The notes: generated by a model not told the origin, from the sequence alone. A stretch of DNA of 64,000 nucleotides from an uncultured Nitrososphaerota archaeon (GCA_963701075.1 OY969559.1:128001-192000); one strand, 5' to 3'; shown: positions 31,156-40,634, counted from the first letter of the stretch. Program-made: numbers and translations.

Positions 31156-32451
31156 TTAATTTGCATTCAAAAATTCCAATACTTTATTGTAATCCCATGG
31201 CCCGCACCTTGCGTTCTGTATGTTTACGATTCCCTTTTGCCGCAGCTGTTCAATGATATACACTGCAAACGGCAGTGCACCTGTAGCGCCAGGTGAGTTG
31301 TAGTTTAGAATGTGAATTGACTTTGTTCCCTCTTTTATTACCGCATCTGGGACAAACTTGCCTGCACTGTCAATCACTGATGCCCTCACCCCCGCAGTAC
31401 CTCTCACATGAAACTTGGATGGATCCACCTTGGGGAGAAACTCCCTTACTCTGTTAATCATGACTGTCTTGGATGCAGAAGAGAGAAACTCGCTTGTCGC
31501 AAGTGAGAGAAACTTGGAATCAAAAAGCATCTTTGCCGCGCCAGACGACAACATCTCTATAATCTTTGACGGAAACTCTTTGATGTTTTCTGTGAAACCA
31601 TACCCGTATGGGCTGAAGACCGGCACTGCATTTGGCCCAACCTCGCAGCGCCCATCATGGCGCACAATCCAGTGCGGGTCCAAGAATGGATACTCGGGGT
31701 GTTTTGGTACAGAATATACTGAGACCTTTGTCAGGTTGTTGTATATTTTGTCAGCCTGCCAGTACTCTCCACGAAAGTGAACGTCTGTGAGATCATGGGC
31801 CACATCCATCGCATGGGCAATATCAATTGACATACCCCCTGCCGCGTTTATGACATAGTCTGTCTGTATGACACCAGAACTTGTTTTTATCTCAAGGGAT
31901 TCTTTTTTATTTTCTATCTTTTCTGCTCTTGTGTCAAGCAAAAAACTGGCACCACTTTGTTTTGCGTCCTCCATCAATGATTCAGTAAACTTGCCATAGT
32001 CTACCGATGCGTCTTTGGTGCAAAATATTGCCTTTTGGCAGCGCACCTCTGGCTCTTGTCTTGATACTTCGGAGCTGTCCAAAAGTTTTATCTCTTCTTT
32101 TTTCAGCCCGTTCTGCTCGCCCCATGATAGATACTTTTCAAGTCTCTTTGTTCCCTGCTCGTCAAGTGATACCTCTAGTACTCCATCTTTTTTGAACGGC
32201 AAGCTCTTTTGTTTTGCGTACAGATCCCACATCTCAAAGCCAAGCGCTGCTGCCTTTGCAAAGAGCCTCTTTTTTTGCGGGTCATAAAGAAATGGCGCGT
32301 GGACCTTTCCTGTGTTTCTTCTGCTGGTATGGAATGCAACTTCTGGCGCTTGCTCTAATACCAGAATTTTTTTGTCTGTAACTTGTGAGAGGAAATATCC
32401 AAGTGAGGTTCCTAAAATTCCTGCTCCAATTATTGTAATGTCAGACTCCAT
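31156..32451 (-). CDS. FAD-dependent oxidoreductase, L-2-hydroxyglutarate oxidase (LhgO)-like
   Basis: IIGAGILG, HTSRRNTGKVH, FRGEY, PFLDPH, GPNAV, SPGATGA. Confidence 0.85.
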   Translation of the reverse strand: MESDITIIGAGILGTSLGYFLSQVTDKKILVLEQAPEVAFHTSRRNTGKVHAPFLYDPQKKRLFAKAAALGFEMWDLYAKQKSLPFKKDGVLEVSLDEQGTKRLEKYLSWGEQNGLKKEEIKLLDSSEVSRQEPEVRCQKAIFCTKDASVDYGKFTESLMEDAKQSGASFLLDTRAEKIENKKESLEIKTSSGVIQTDYVINAAGGMSIDIAHAMDVAHDLTDVHFRGEYWQADKIYNNLTKVSVYSVPKHPEYPFLDPHWIVRHDGRCEVGPNAVPVFSPYGYGFTENIKEFPSKIIEMLSSGAAKMLFDSKFLSLATSEFLSSASKTVMINRVREFLPKVDPSKFHVRGTAGVRASVIDSAGKFVPDAVIKEGTKSIHILNYNSPGATGALPFAVYIIEQLRQKGIVNIQNARCGPWDYNKVLEFLNAN

Positions 32452-32555
32452 AGATATTTTGTCAACAAGGGATCAAATAAGATGTTTTGATTGAGATGAT
32501 GTATAACAGGGCTGTGTGGAAAAATTTAATTTGTCTCATGCCATAGGGGGATACA

Positions 32556-33005
32556 ATGAAGCTTGCCATACTAGGATGTGTTGCACTGCTTGCAGTCTCT
32601 TCGAGTCCTGCATGGGCAGCGTTTGATGTTGACGGTAACTATTACTGCAATAGTTCCAATCTTCCACTAGAAGAGACAATCTACAAGTCATCTGTTGTCA
32701 AGATAGATAGTGATCTGAATTCATATCTCTCGCTTGACCCAAGTGCGACAGACCAGGAACTACATAGCTATCTAATATCAGACCCTGACGTGGCAGGGCC
32801 ATATTCCATCATGGAACAGTCAAAGGCATGTCTGCAGTCAAATGGAATAAATCCTGATTCGGTTACAGCGCCAAGCTCACTATTTCTTGAGGTCTTTGCA
32901 GCTCCAGAGTTTGGAATCTTATCAGGTCTTGTGTTTGGCATCACGCTGGCAAGCGTTATTGTGCTTCAAAATAAAATTAATAGGTCAGCTTTGATTCAAG
33001 TCTAG
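32556..33005 (+). CDS. PEFG-CTERM surface protein
   Basis: Signal peptide and APEFG + TM. Confidence 0.75.
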   Translation: MKLAILGCVALLAVSSSPAWAAFDVDGNYYCNSSNLPLEETIYKSSVVKIDSDLNSYLSLDPSATDQELHSYLISDPDVAGPYSIMEQSKACLQSNGINPDSVTAPSSLFLEVFAAPEFGILSGLVFGITLASVIVLQNKINRSALIQV

Positions 33006-33589
33006 GCTGCTGCATGCCCCCAGCCTCTTGCCTCAAGCAGTGACGCTGTACTTTGTGTTACACATGCAGGACGAGGGTTAGAGTTGCTTATAACCAAGGA
33101 AAACCCTGACATGCATTTTACATTTGCCGGTTGTGTCCCTGCATTGACTTGAGCATTAGGTGATGGCATACTGCTTGTCATTGGCATGGAATTCATGTTA
33201 CCAGCCATTGCACCATTTGCCATGTTACCTGTCATGGTACCATTTGCCATAGTACCGGTCATGTTGCCATTATGATGCATGTGCATGCCCGTCATATTTC
33301 CTTGCATGGTACCGTTTCCCATGTAACCTGTCATGTTTCCATGGTGGTGCAACATGGCTGTTGCGTTTGCCGATGCACTCAACTGGTTTGTAATGTTTGG
33401 CATTCCTGTCTGGTTTGCGTTGGGAACCATGCCTGGCGTATAGGTCTCGCCTGGCGCACATGGATGGTTTCCACAGATCGGGGCACATGGCTGTGACGCG
33501 GTGCACGGGTTCTGAGCTGATGCCTGCATGCCATATCCTAATGCAGAGCCTGCAAGTAGTATCGATAATATTATGGGGGTAAGATTCAT
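33002..33589 (-). CDS. Secreted Met/His-rich protein with Cys motifs
   Basis: CTASQPCAPICGNHPC, GNMTG repeats with HHH/HMHH, C-terminal C...PACV...LEARGW. Confidence 0.75.
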   Translation of the reverse strand: MNLTPIILSILLAGSALGYGMQASAQNPCTASQPCAPICGNHPCAPGETYTPGMVPNANQTGMPNITNQLSASANATAMLHHHGNMTGYMGNGTMQGNMTGMHMHHNGNMTGTMANGTMTGNMANGAMAGNMNSMPMTSSMPSPNAQVNAGTQPANVKCMSGFSLVISNSNPRPACVTQSTASLLEARGWGHAAA

Positions 33590-33759
33590 GATTTCTAATT
33601 ATAGAAATGGACAAATAAAGTTTGGCGTCATTTAGCTTTGGTTCCTTGAGCACGATCATTATTTTTTATACGGTTTTATCGCAATACAGTGCAGAACTTG
33701 GCAGTTTGTTCTAGCGTAATTTAGGCACTAGATGTGTTTTTCTGTAAAGATGTAAGATC

Positions 33760-34095
33760 TCAGAACTTGTTTATAGTTACATAGTACATCATTACATCTT
33801 TTTGTTCAAATCTTGCCTTTAGCTTTTTCTTTAATTTATGAAAAAACTCGATATTCTTTTTTGTTTTCTCGCAGACCACCCAGTACGTGCTGTTCTCATC
33901 GCTGATTCGATTTTTCGTATTGGGATCCGTCCACCCGCCTATCAAAGGCGAGTTATCTACGGTACAGCCGCCAAACCTATCAACAATCTCCTCAAAAGTT
34001 TTGGAATACTTTTCACCTTCTATTTTCTTTCGTTTACCAGTGGAACTATCATTATAATAATGGGGAAGTAAAATTTCTACCTTAAGATAAGGCAA
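33760..34095 (-). CDS. Hypothetical PII-like/DUF3574-like protein (putative toxin)
   Basis: EILLP.YYND...RFGGCT...GGW.D...DE...LKARFEQ. The fold assignment is inferred. Confidence 0.55.
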   Translation of the reverse strand: MPYLKVEILLPHYYNDSSTGKRKKIEGEKYSKTFEEIVDRFGGCTVDNSPLIGGWTDPNTKNRISDENSTYWVVCEKTKKNIEFFHKLKKKLKARFEQKDVMMYYVTINKF

Positions 34096-34099
34096 CTGT

Positions 34100-34303
34100 C
34101 TATTCGACTAGTTCGTACTTTATATTCTTATTTTTGAGCAGCTTGCAATCTTTTTTTTGCACGACAAGGGTGTTTTTTCCAATGCCACTGAATTGTGATT
34201 TGGAATGTATCAATTCATAGAATGCCTTTGCTTTTTCTTCTTCAGTGCGAAAACTTATTGTGCAGGTACCATTGCCTGATGTCATTTTTGACATGTCATA
34301 CAT
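34100..34303 (-). CDS. Small hypothetical protein (putative antitoxin partner)
   Basis: 67 aa, ending 4 bp upstream of 33760-34095. Confidence 0.55.
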   Translation of the reverse strand: MYDMSKMTSGNGTCTISFRTEEEKAKAFYELIHSKSQFSGIGKNTLVVQKKDCKLLKNKNIKYELVE

Positions 34304-34385
34304 AACAGCTAATTGTATTTAAAAGAAATGCCGTAAAGTTTGTCGCTCATGCGTTCTTGCCTAGAATTGTAAAGCGATTTTTCTT

Positions 34386-34836
34386 CTATTTCTTTCTGGT
34401 ACGCCTAAGTCTAGTGAGCAGTTCTTTTGGCGATATAGTCTCAAGATGCCGATTGGCTTTCTTTAACTCTTTGTCGTGTGTTACAAGATATTGTGCGCCT
34501 TTTGCAAGTCCGGTAGCAATTATCATAGCATCAGGCAATCTAAGGCCTGTATTAGCACGGACTCTTGCTGCCGCATCAGTCTATCTCCATGTCAAGCTCG
34601 GCAATTACAAAACCCTTGGCAGAAATTAAATGTGCAAGCAGCTCTTCCTTACCACTCTTGTCTCCTTGAGAATAGTATCCCGTACATAATTCTGCAATAG
34701 AGATTACAGATATGACTGCTTGTATGAAGCCATCTTCAACTGCATTCAATACCTGCAAAGAGTATACAGAATGCGGCTCGCTGGCATTCTTGGCATTGAG
34801 TAAGATGTTGGTATCAAGTATTACAGTAATTACCAT
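34386..34836 (-). CDS. vapC: VapC/PIN toxin, split by +1 indel at ~34580
   Basis: ILDTN...SIAEL / ...LRLPDAMIIATG...LVTHDKEL. AGACT at 34578-34582 restores to AGCT, giving 150 codons. Confidence 0.85.
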
Positions 34837-35063
34837 TCTTTACGCATTCTCTTTTGGAACTTGACACTGTGTTCTCTCCATGGTTTCTGTCTGCGTAAAA
34901 TCTCAGAGAGCTTCTCCCTTGAAGCTTTTTTCATTGTCGCCTGCCCGTCCTCAATAGCAAAAATTACTCTATCACCTTCCTTTAGATCAAGTGAAGTCCT
35001 AATCTCCTTTGGAATTGTTATCTGACCCTTGGTGGTAATTGAACCTACGCTCAGCTCTGACAT
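34830..35063 (-). CDS. AbrB/MazE-type antitoxin
   Basis: ITTKGQITIPKEIRTSLDLKEGD. Confidence 0.9.
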   Translation of the reverse strand: MSELSVGSITTKGQITIPKEIRTSLDLKEGDRVIFAIEDGQATMKKASREKLSEILRRQKPWREHSVKFQKRMRKEW

Positions 35064-35064
35064 T

Positions 35065-35084
35065 TCCTTACTCTATAGTAAGGA
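35065..35084. promoter_or_regulatory. Palindromic operator upstream of AbrB-VapC
   Basis: TCCTTACT-CTAT-AGTAAGGA immediately upstream of the start codon. Confidence 0.6.
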
Positions 35085-35106
35085 TTTCCTTGCTATTAAG
35101 TATATG

Positions 35107-36672
35107 TCAGACAGGCAGTAGTATGTGAATCGCAGTTCCCTTTCCTATTCCTTCTGATTCTGCCCAGATCTTTCCGCCGTGTCCCTCAACTATTCCCTTG
35201 CATATTGACAGGCCAAGCCCTGAGCCCTTGTGTTCTCTTGTACTTGACGTATCTACCTGATAGAACCTTACAAAGATCTTGTCCAGCTTGTCTTTTTGAA
35301 TTCCCGTTCCGTTGTCCTTTACAACTATAGAGCAGAATTTCTCTTTTTTGTCAAGCGTTATGGTTATGCTGCCTTTCTCCTTTGGACAAAAATTCATTGC
35401 ATTAAGTACCAAGTTTGTAACAACCTGAGATATCCTGGTATTGTCACATGTACATGCGGTATCTTGCCTAAGAGATGTTGTTATCTCTATCTTGTTTTTG
35501 TCAGTTAGTGGCTTTATGCCAGATATTGCATTTGAGATAATCTCTGCAAGGTTGTGCGTATTTTTTTCCAGCTTTAGCTGCCCAATCTCAATTTTTTGTG
35601 CGTCAAGCAGATCAGATATCAGTTTTTGCATCGAGTCCGTACTTGTCTTTACTATCTCAAGCCTTTCATGTTGCATTGGAGTAAGCGGGCCGAACCTTTC
35701 TGCAAGTGTCAGGTCAACATAGCCCTGTATTGGCACAAGGGGCGTCTTTAGTTCATGTGTGACCATTGCTAAAAATTCATCCTTTGCAAGCTCTGCATTT
35801 TTTAGCTCGGTATACTGCTGGCTTAGCTTTTCTTGGTCCTCTTCTATCTTTTTTCTCGAGTAATAAATTTCAGTGATATCCCTTAATGCAACTGTTCTTC
35901 CAGTCAGTCTTCCTTTCTCATCGTAAATGTTGGTACCGCTGAGCAGCGTTGGAAATTCAGAGCCGCCCTTTCTTTTCATCCATATTTCCCTGTTCACTAT
36001 CTTGCCAGACTTTTTCCATTCTGCAATGGATTTTGTAAGCTCGTCGAAACTTTTCTCTGCAGTATGGTCTACTGCCCTTGTTTTTCCTATAATCTCCTCT
36101 TTTGTGTATCCAAGATTTTTTGCATATGCGTCATTGCAGTCAATTATTTTTTCATCAGATGTTATGGTACGCAGCATGTCAGGTGAGCTGTCATACAGGT
36201 TACGGTATTTTTTTTCCGTAAGTACAAGGGACTCGTGCGTCTTTTTTAGTTCTGCATACTGGTCTTTTAGCCTGACCTCGCCCTCTTCTGCCTTTTTTAG
36301 CGTATCATGAAGTTTTGATATGTCCTGAATTGCAACGATATATTCTGGTGGTTCTATTTTTCCAAGCCTTGCGCCGCTGCACATGCCGTAAAACTTTGTC
36401 TTGTCTTTTTTTATCAGCAGTATCTCAATTAGCGGGCCTGCCCCTGTCTTTTGCATCTGTGCAAACCCGTCAAGTGCGACCTTTTTGTAATCTTGTTCAA
36501 TAAAGTCAAAGCATGATTTTCCAACCAGCTCCTCTTTTGTGTATCCGATATAGTCAAGTGCACGCCGGTTGATGTCAGTTATTATTCCGTTATTGTCAAG
36601 CGTACACACTAGATTGGGGGATACCTCAAAGAAGAGCCTGAACCTGCTTTCGTCCTGGTTCTGGGAATCCAT
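35107..36672 (-). CDS. Cytoplasmic PAS-PAS sensor histidine kinase
   Basis: Two PAS domains, THELKTPL H-box, NLVLNA, DNGTG, GSGLGL. Confidence 0.92.
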   Translation of the reverse strand: MDSQNQDESRFRLFFEVSPNLVCTLDNNGIITDINRRALDYIGYTKEELVGKSCFDFIEQDYKKVALDGFAQMQKTGAGPLIEILLIKKDKTKFYGMCSGARLGKIEPPEYIVAIQDISKLHDTLKKAEEGEVRLKDQYAELKKTHESLVLTEKKYRNLYDSSPDMLRTITSDEKIIDCNDAYAKNLGYTKEEIIGKTRAVDHTAEKSFDELTKSIAEWKKSGKIVNREIWMKRKGGSEFPTLLSGTNIYDEKGRLTGRTVALRDITEIYYSRKKIEEDQEKLSQQYTELKNAELAKDEFLAMVTHELKTPLVPIQGYVDLTLAERFGPLTPMQHERLEIVKTSTDSMQKLISDLLDAQKIEIGQLKLEKNTHNLAEIISNAISGIKPLTDKNKIEITTSLRQDTACTCDNTRISQVVTNLVLNAMNFCPKEKGSITITLDKKEKFCSIVVKDNGTGIQKDKLDKIFVRFYQVDTSSTREHKGSGLGLSICKGIVEGHGGKIWAESEGIGKGTAIHILLPV

Positions 36673-36741
36673 GTTCTTATAACAGGTACCGTCCCCTTTT
36701 ATAACCCCAGCCACTGGTTGCCAAATTTTAGAAATTGTAAC

Positions 36742-36843
36742 TTAGATTGTCTCTTTGAAGCACGAGCATTTTTTTGACTTGTGTGTAATACATCCCACAA
36801 GCCTGTGGTCCTTGCAGCCGCAAATTATGCATTTTTTATCCAT
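36742..36843 (-). CDS. 33-aa Cys/His-rich microprotein MDKKCIICGCKDHRLVGCITHKSKKCSCFKETI
   Basis: Manual translation. An AT-rich TATA-like box lies ~25-30 bp upstream. Confidence 0.55.
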   Translation of the reverse strand: MDKKCIICGCKDHRLVGCITHKSKKCSCFKETI

Positions 36844-37032
36844 TTGAGATGATCTTTGGCACCATGATATTAATTGGTTCTAGTCTTTGCAAAAAAAAGA
36901 GATTTTTTAAAAATCAAGGTAAAGAGCGGCGAAAGTTCTGGTATTTTTTTGCAGATGTAACAAAGTACAATCTAAATTGTATAGCAAGAATCTTCCATAG
37001 GTTTTAGTATATCACAAATATACCGCACCTCA

Positions 37033-37935
37033 ATGTCTGGTCAGGAATCTGTCGAGTGGCAAATAATAAACAAAGTTCAGGAGACTGTCAATACATACAC
37101 GTATACATTTTCAACTGGAAAAAAATATGAGCTTGGCATTGGCCAGTTTGTTACAATTGGTGCACATCTGAAAAGGCCCACTATATCTGGCGGAACAGAA
37201 GAGAGTTTTGTAGAGCGTGCATATTCTATTGCGTCATCACCTGACAGGGAGAAAGTCGAGCTGACAATAAAATGCGAAAAGCCCTACGGATACATCAATC
37301 CTGCACTAAAAAAGGCCGACGGTTTTGCCGCCTACTTTTTTGAGCAGGCAAAGATTGGCGACAAGGTAAAGGTAAAGTTTGGCTTGAAAAAAGACCATTT
37401 TCTCTCAAAAATAATCTCTGGAGCAGAAAAAGACATTGCATACTGGTCAGGCGAGAACGGGGCAGAATCTGCAAGAAGCCTGATACAGTACATGCAGGAC
37501 AGGCCGGACCTTGGAATCAAGCTTGTTCTCTTTTACAGTAACCCATACCTGTACCTTGATAAGAGTATCAACGTGATTTACTATAACTGGCTAATTGAGA
37601 TGGCAAAAAAGATGGAAAACTTTAGCGTTGTCTTTACATTTACAAGGGATTCTGAAATCCCTGTATCTGACCATCCGCGTGTGTTTTTCCGAAAGGGTAG
37701 GTTCTTTGTGGATTCTGCAGGAGAAGTGGAGAAGACTTTGTCAAAATATCATGGCACTCCAAAATCTGTGTTCAACCCAATTTGTGGAAGCAGTGGCTTT
37801 ATCATTGGCGTAAGCCAGGGACAAGACGGAAAACTTGTCAAGGGACGCGGCATCATGCACAACCTAATGGAAGTTGAAGGCATACCTGCAGAAAAGATTG
37901 ACAAGGAACAGTTCTATCTTGACCACGCACATTAA
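37033..37935 (+). CDS. FNR-family FAD-binding oxidoreductase
   Basis: GQFV, RAYSIAS, ICGS, terminal E.FY. Confidence 0.78.
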   Translation: MSGQESVEWQIINKVQETVNTYTYTFSTGKKYELGIGQFVTIGAHLKRPTISGGTEESFVERAYSIASSPDREKVELTIKCEKPYGYINPALKKADGFAAYFFEQAKIGDKVKVKFGLKKDHFLSKIISGAEKDIAYWSGENGAESARSLIQYMQDRPDLGIKLVLFYSNPYLYLDKSINVIYYNWLIEMAKKMENFSVVFTFTRDSEIPVSDHPRVFFRKGRFFVDSAGEVEKTLSKYHGTPKSVFNPICGSSGFIIGVSQGQDGKLVKGRGIMHNLMEVEGIPAEKIDKEQFYLDHAH

Positions 37936-38001
37936 AAGGAAAACCTGACGTGAGATACTGGTGCAAGGAACTTAAATAAATAAACAAGTGGTTGTTATTA
38001 C

Positions 38002-38193
38002 ATGTCAGTTAAGATAAAAGACATCAAGACTCTGGCGATCAAAGAAGACGATGGTTCCTATTCCATAACATGTTCTGCATTAGGAGTTTATAGTACTGGA
38101 AAAAACATGGCAGAGGCCAGAAAAAACTTTGTCAAAGCCCTTGAGCTTCATCTGTCTGTTTTAAGAGAAAAGGCTACTGAAATAGCGGTTTGA
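38002..38193 (+). CDS. Orphan HicB-like antitoxin
   Basis: YSITCSALGVYSTGKNMAEARKNFVKALELHL. No adjacent hicA. Confidence 0.7.
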   Translation: MSVKIKDIKTLAIKEDDGSYSITCSALGVYSTGKNMAEARKNFVKALELHLSVLREKATEIAV

Positions 38194-38216
38194 AAAGACT
38201 TGCATTTTGCATCAAA

Positions 38217-38471
38217 TCATTTGTAAACTTTTTTTCTGTGCTCAAATCTTAGCAGATATAGAACTGTTCCCTGATATGCATAGATGAGCCTGTAGGGTTT
38301 TACATAGACCGTCCTTTCACCTTTCAAGTCATATCTTAGCGGCTTTCCTAACTCAGGAGATTCTACTATGTTTTGTATCTGCTTTTGCAGTTTTTCTTTT
38401 AGTTTGCTATCTTTGATTTTTGTAACTTCTTTTTTGAACTTGTCAGACCATATTATTTGGGTAATTACCAT
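38217..38471 (-). CDS. RelE/ParE toxin
   Basis: WSDKFKK...PELGKPLRYDLKG...PYRLIY...FEHRKKVY. ATG at 38471. Confidence 0.88.
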   Translation of the reverse strand: MVITQIIWSDKFKKEVTKIKDSKLKEKLQKQIQNIVESPELGKPLRYDLKGERTVYVKPYRLIYAYQGTVLYLLRFEHRKKVYK

Positions 38472-38737
38472 TTGGCAAATTCCATAAAGAATTTGGATGT
38501 ATTGGCTTTTCCACCCTTGCCAGTTTCTATTTCCCGCCATGCCTCATGGATTGACTTGAGTGTTTTAATATCGTCCTGACTCAATTTTTGGTCTACCTTT
38601 TTTAGAACGATCAAACCTTTTTTTTCTGTTATGACAAATACGTTTCCATCCTTTATGTCAAGTTTTTTTCTTACCTTGTTTGGTATTACTATCTGTCCCC
38701 TGCTGCTAACTGTGGTGAACATGGTTTCATTTGACAT
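38465..38737 (-). CDS. AbrB/MazE-type antitoxin
   Basis: VSSRGQIVIPNKVRKKLDIKDG. Confidence 0.88.
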   Translation of the reverse strand: MSNETMFTTVSSRGQIVIPNKVRKKLDIKDGNVFVITEKKGLIVLKKVDQKLSQDDIKTLKSIHEAWREIETGKGGKANTSKFFMEFAKW

Positions 38738-38740
38738 GAT

Positions 38741-38755
38741 GTAAGATTATCTTAC
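38741..38755. promoter_or_regulatory. Palindromic operator upstream of AbrB-RelE
   Basis: GTAAGAT-T-ATCTTAC between the TATA box and the start codon. Confidence 0.6.
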
Positions 38756-38811
38756 TAAATATTAAATGTGTTTGCCGTAGACAGTAGATTTCTTGTACAA
38801 TCCCTTTAGGT

Positions 38812-39339
38812 CTAGTCCTTCAGATACCCCATATCTTCAAGCTTTTGGATCAAAGCATCAAGGGACTCTTGTGGCGTAGAGTTTTCAGTATCCAAAATTA
38901 TCTCCGGATTTGTTGGCTCTTCGTATGGCGATGATATTCCTGTCATGTTTTTTACCTCGCCTGCCTTGGCTTTCTGGTATAGTCCCTTTGGGTCTCTCTT
39001 GATGCATGTTTCCAGTGATGCCTTGATGTAGACCTCTACAAAGTTTGGGATCTCTTTTCTTGCAAGCTCTCGTGTCTCGCGGTATGGGGAGATTAATGGT
39101 ATGATTGTGGTAATATCGTTTTTTACCAACAGCTTGGCAATTTCTATTACCCGCCTGTTGTGCTCCTTTCTTCCCTGTTCGGTATAATCGCAGTCAGAAC
39201 TTAGCGTCTTTCTTAGCTCGTCTCCATCTAGTATCATTACCGGCATATTCTTTGATTTGAGATAGTTTTTGACTAGTCCTGCAATTGTGCTCTTGCCGGA
39301 GGCCGGAAGACCAGTAATCCACATAGCAGGAACTTCCAT
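38812..39339 (-). CDS. cysC: Adenylyl-sulfate (APS) kinase
   Basis: GLPASGKST, LDGDELR, ISPYR, RDPKGLY, GISSPYEEP. Confidence 0.95.
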   Translation of the reverse strand: MEVPAMWITGLPASGKSTIAGLVKNYLKSKNMPVMILDGDELRKTLSSDCDYTEQGRKEHNRRVIEIAKLLVKNDITTIIPLISPYRETRELARKEIPNFVEVYIKASLETCIKRDPKGLYQKAKAGEVKNMTGISSPYEEPTNPEIILDTENSTPQESLDALIQKLEDMGYLKD

Positions 39340-39434
39340 TCAACAATGGGTTCTATTTTTTGCATATATGAATTACGTAACTTTGTTGACGAACTTTGTT
39401 CCCTATGCTCTGCCACGATATTTTTTATGATAAA

Positions 39435-40499
39435 TTAAAGTCTGATTTGTGATCTTTCACCAAGTAAGAACTGGTGCTTTTTTGGATGCGTGTGGTCCTC
39501 AATTTCTGATTCACGGGCTATGATGCTGTCTACTAGGTGCACTCTAGCATCAATCTTTGCGCCTTCCATTATGATTGAATTTTCAATGTCACATTTTTTT
39601 AAAGATACATTGTTTCCAACGCTGGCATAAGGTCCAAGCCTTACTGCAGGCCCTATGGTACAATTATCGCCAATTATTACAGGCCCTGTAACAAACGAGT
39701 CTCTGGATATGGTTGTGTTCTTTCCAATTACTAAATTTCCTCTAACTTCTGAGCCGCTTGATATTACAAACTGGTTCGGCGTTCCAATTGAATCCAGCAC
39801 CAATTGGTTTGCATGCAAGATATCTTCTGGCGTGCCCGTATCCTTCCACCAGCCTGTTACCGTATCATATTCTATTGTACCACCACTGTTCATCAAAAGG
39901 TCCAGCGCATCTGTAATCTCTAGCTCGCCCCGCCATGACGGCTTTAGCTTGTCTATTATACCAAATATCTTGGGGGTGAGAAAATAGATTCCAATTACTG
40001 CCAGGTTTGACTGAGGGTTTTTTGGCTTTTCCATTATCTTTTTTATTTTCTTTCCGTCAAGCTCTGCTATGCCAAACCTTGAAGGGTCGTCGACTTCGCA
40101 GAGAAGTATCATTGCCTCTGCACTGGATACTTTGAATTTTTTTGTATAGTCGACCAGTCCCTTTCGTAAAATGTTGTCGCCAAGATATACGACAAACCTG
40201 TCATTTCCGATAAAGTCTTTGCATAATCTGATTGCATGAGAGATGCCAGCAGGCTTGTCCTGGTAAATGTATGTAATTTTTACGCCAAATTTAGAACCGT
40301 CGCCGTAGAACTCTTTTACCTTTTCCGGATAGACATCTCCTATTATGATTCCAATCTCGGTGATTCCCGCCTCTCTGAAATCTTCGAGTGCATACTGTGA
40401 CATGGGCTTGTTTGCAATTGGTAAAAGTTGCTTAGGTCCTGTATGTGTGAGCGGTCTCAGTCTTGTCCCATGGCCGCCGTGAAGTATGATTCCTTTCAT
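39435..40499 (-). CDS. rmlA: Glucose-1-phosphate thymidylyltransferase (long form)
   Basis: GGHGTRLRPLT..PKQL, EKP, RGELEITD, WWKDTG and a C-terminal beta-helix. Confidence 0.93.
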   Translation of the reverse strand: MKGIILHGGHGTRLRPLTHTGPKQLLPIANKPMSQYALEDFREAGITEIGIIIGDVYPEKVKEFYGDGSKFGVKITYIYQDKPAGISHAIRLCKDFIGNDRFVVYLGDNILRKGLVDYTKKFKVSSAEAMILLCEVDDPSRFGIAELDGKKIKKIMEKPKNPQSNLAVIGIYFLTPKIFGIIDKLKPSWRGELEITDALDLLMNSGGTIEYDTVTGWWKDTGTPEDILHANQLVLDSIGTPNQFVISSGSEVRGNLVIGKNTTISRDSFVTGPVIIGDNCTIGPAVRLGPYASVGNNVSLKKCDIENSIIMEGAKIDARVHLVDSIIARESEIEDHTHPKKHQFLLGERSQIRL

Positions 40500-40581
40500 T
40501 TTGATCCGTGTTATGATATACAGCATATTTCAAGGTGCTGTCAAATTAGATTCATAAAAATAACTATCTGGTGAGATCAAC

Positions 40582-40605
40582 AGGTTCTGTCAACTTGATG
40601 GCTCA
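40582..40605 (+). mobile_element. Solo terminal inverted repeat of the TnpB-element family
   Basis: AGGTTCTGTCAACTTGATGGCTCA is identical to 42123-42146. Confidence 0.8.
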
Positions 40606-40634
40606 ATGGTTTGTAGTGACTTGGAGTTAACTAG

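Larger units (their letters stand above)
30415..31207. mobile_element. TA mini-cassette flanked by 61-bp direct repeats duplicating the 3' end of the oxidoreductase gene
   Basis: 30415-30475 matches 31147-31207 with 2 mismatches. Confidence 0.8.
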
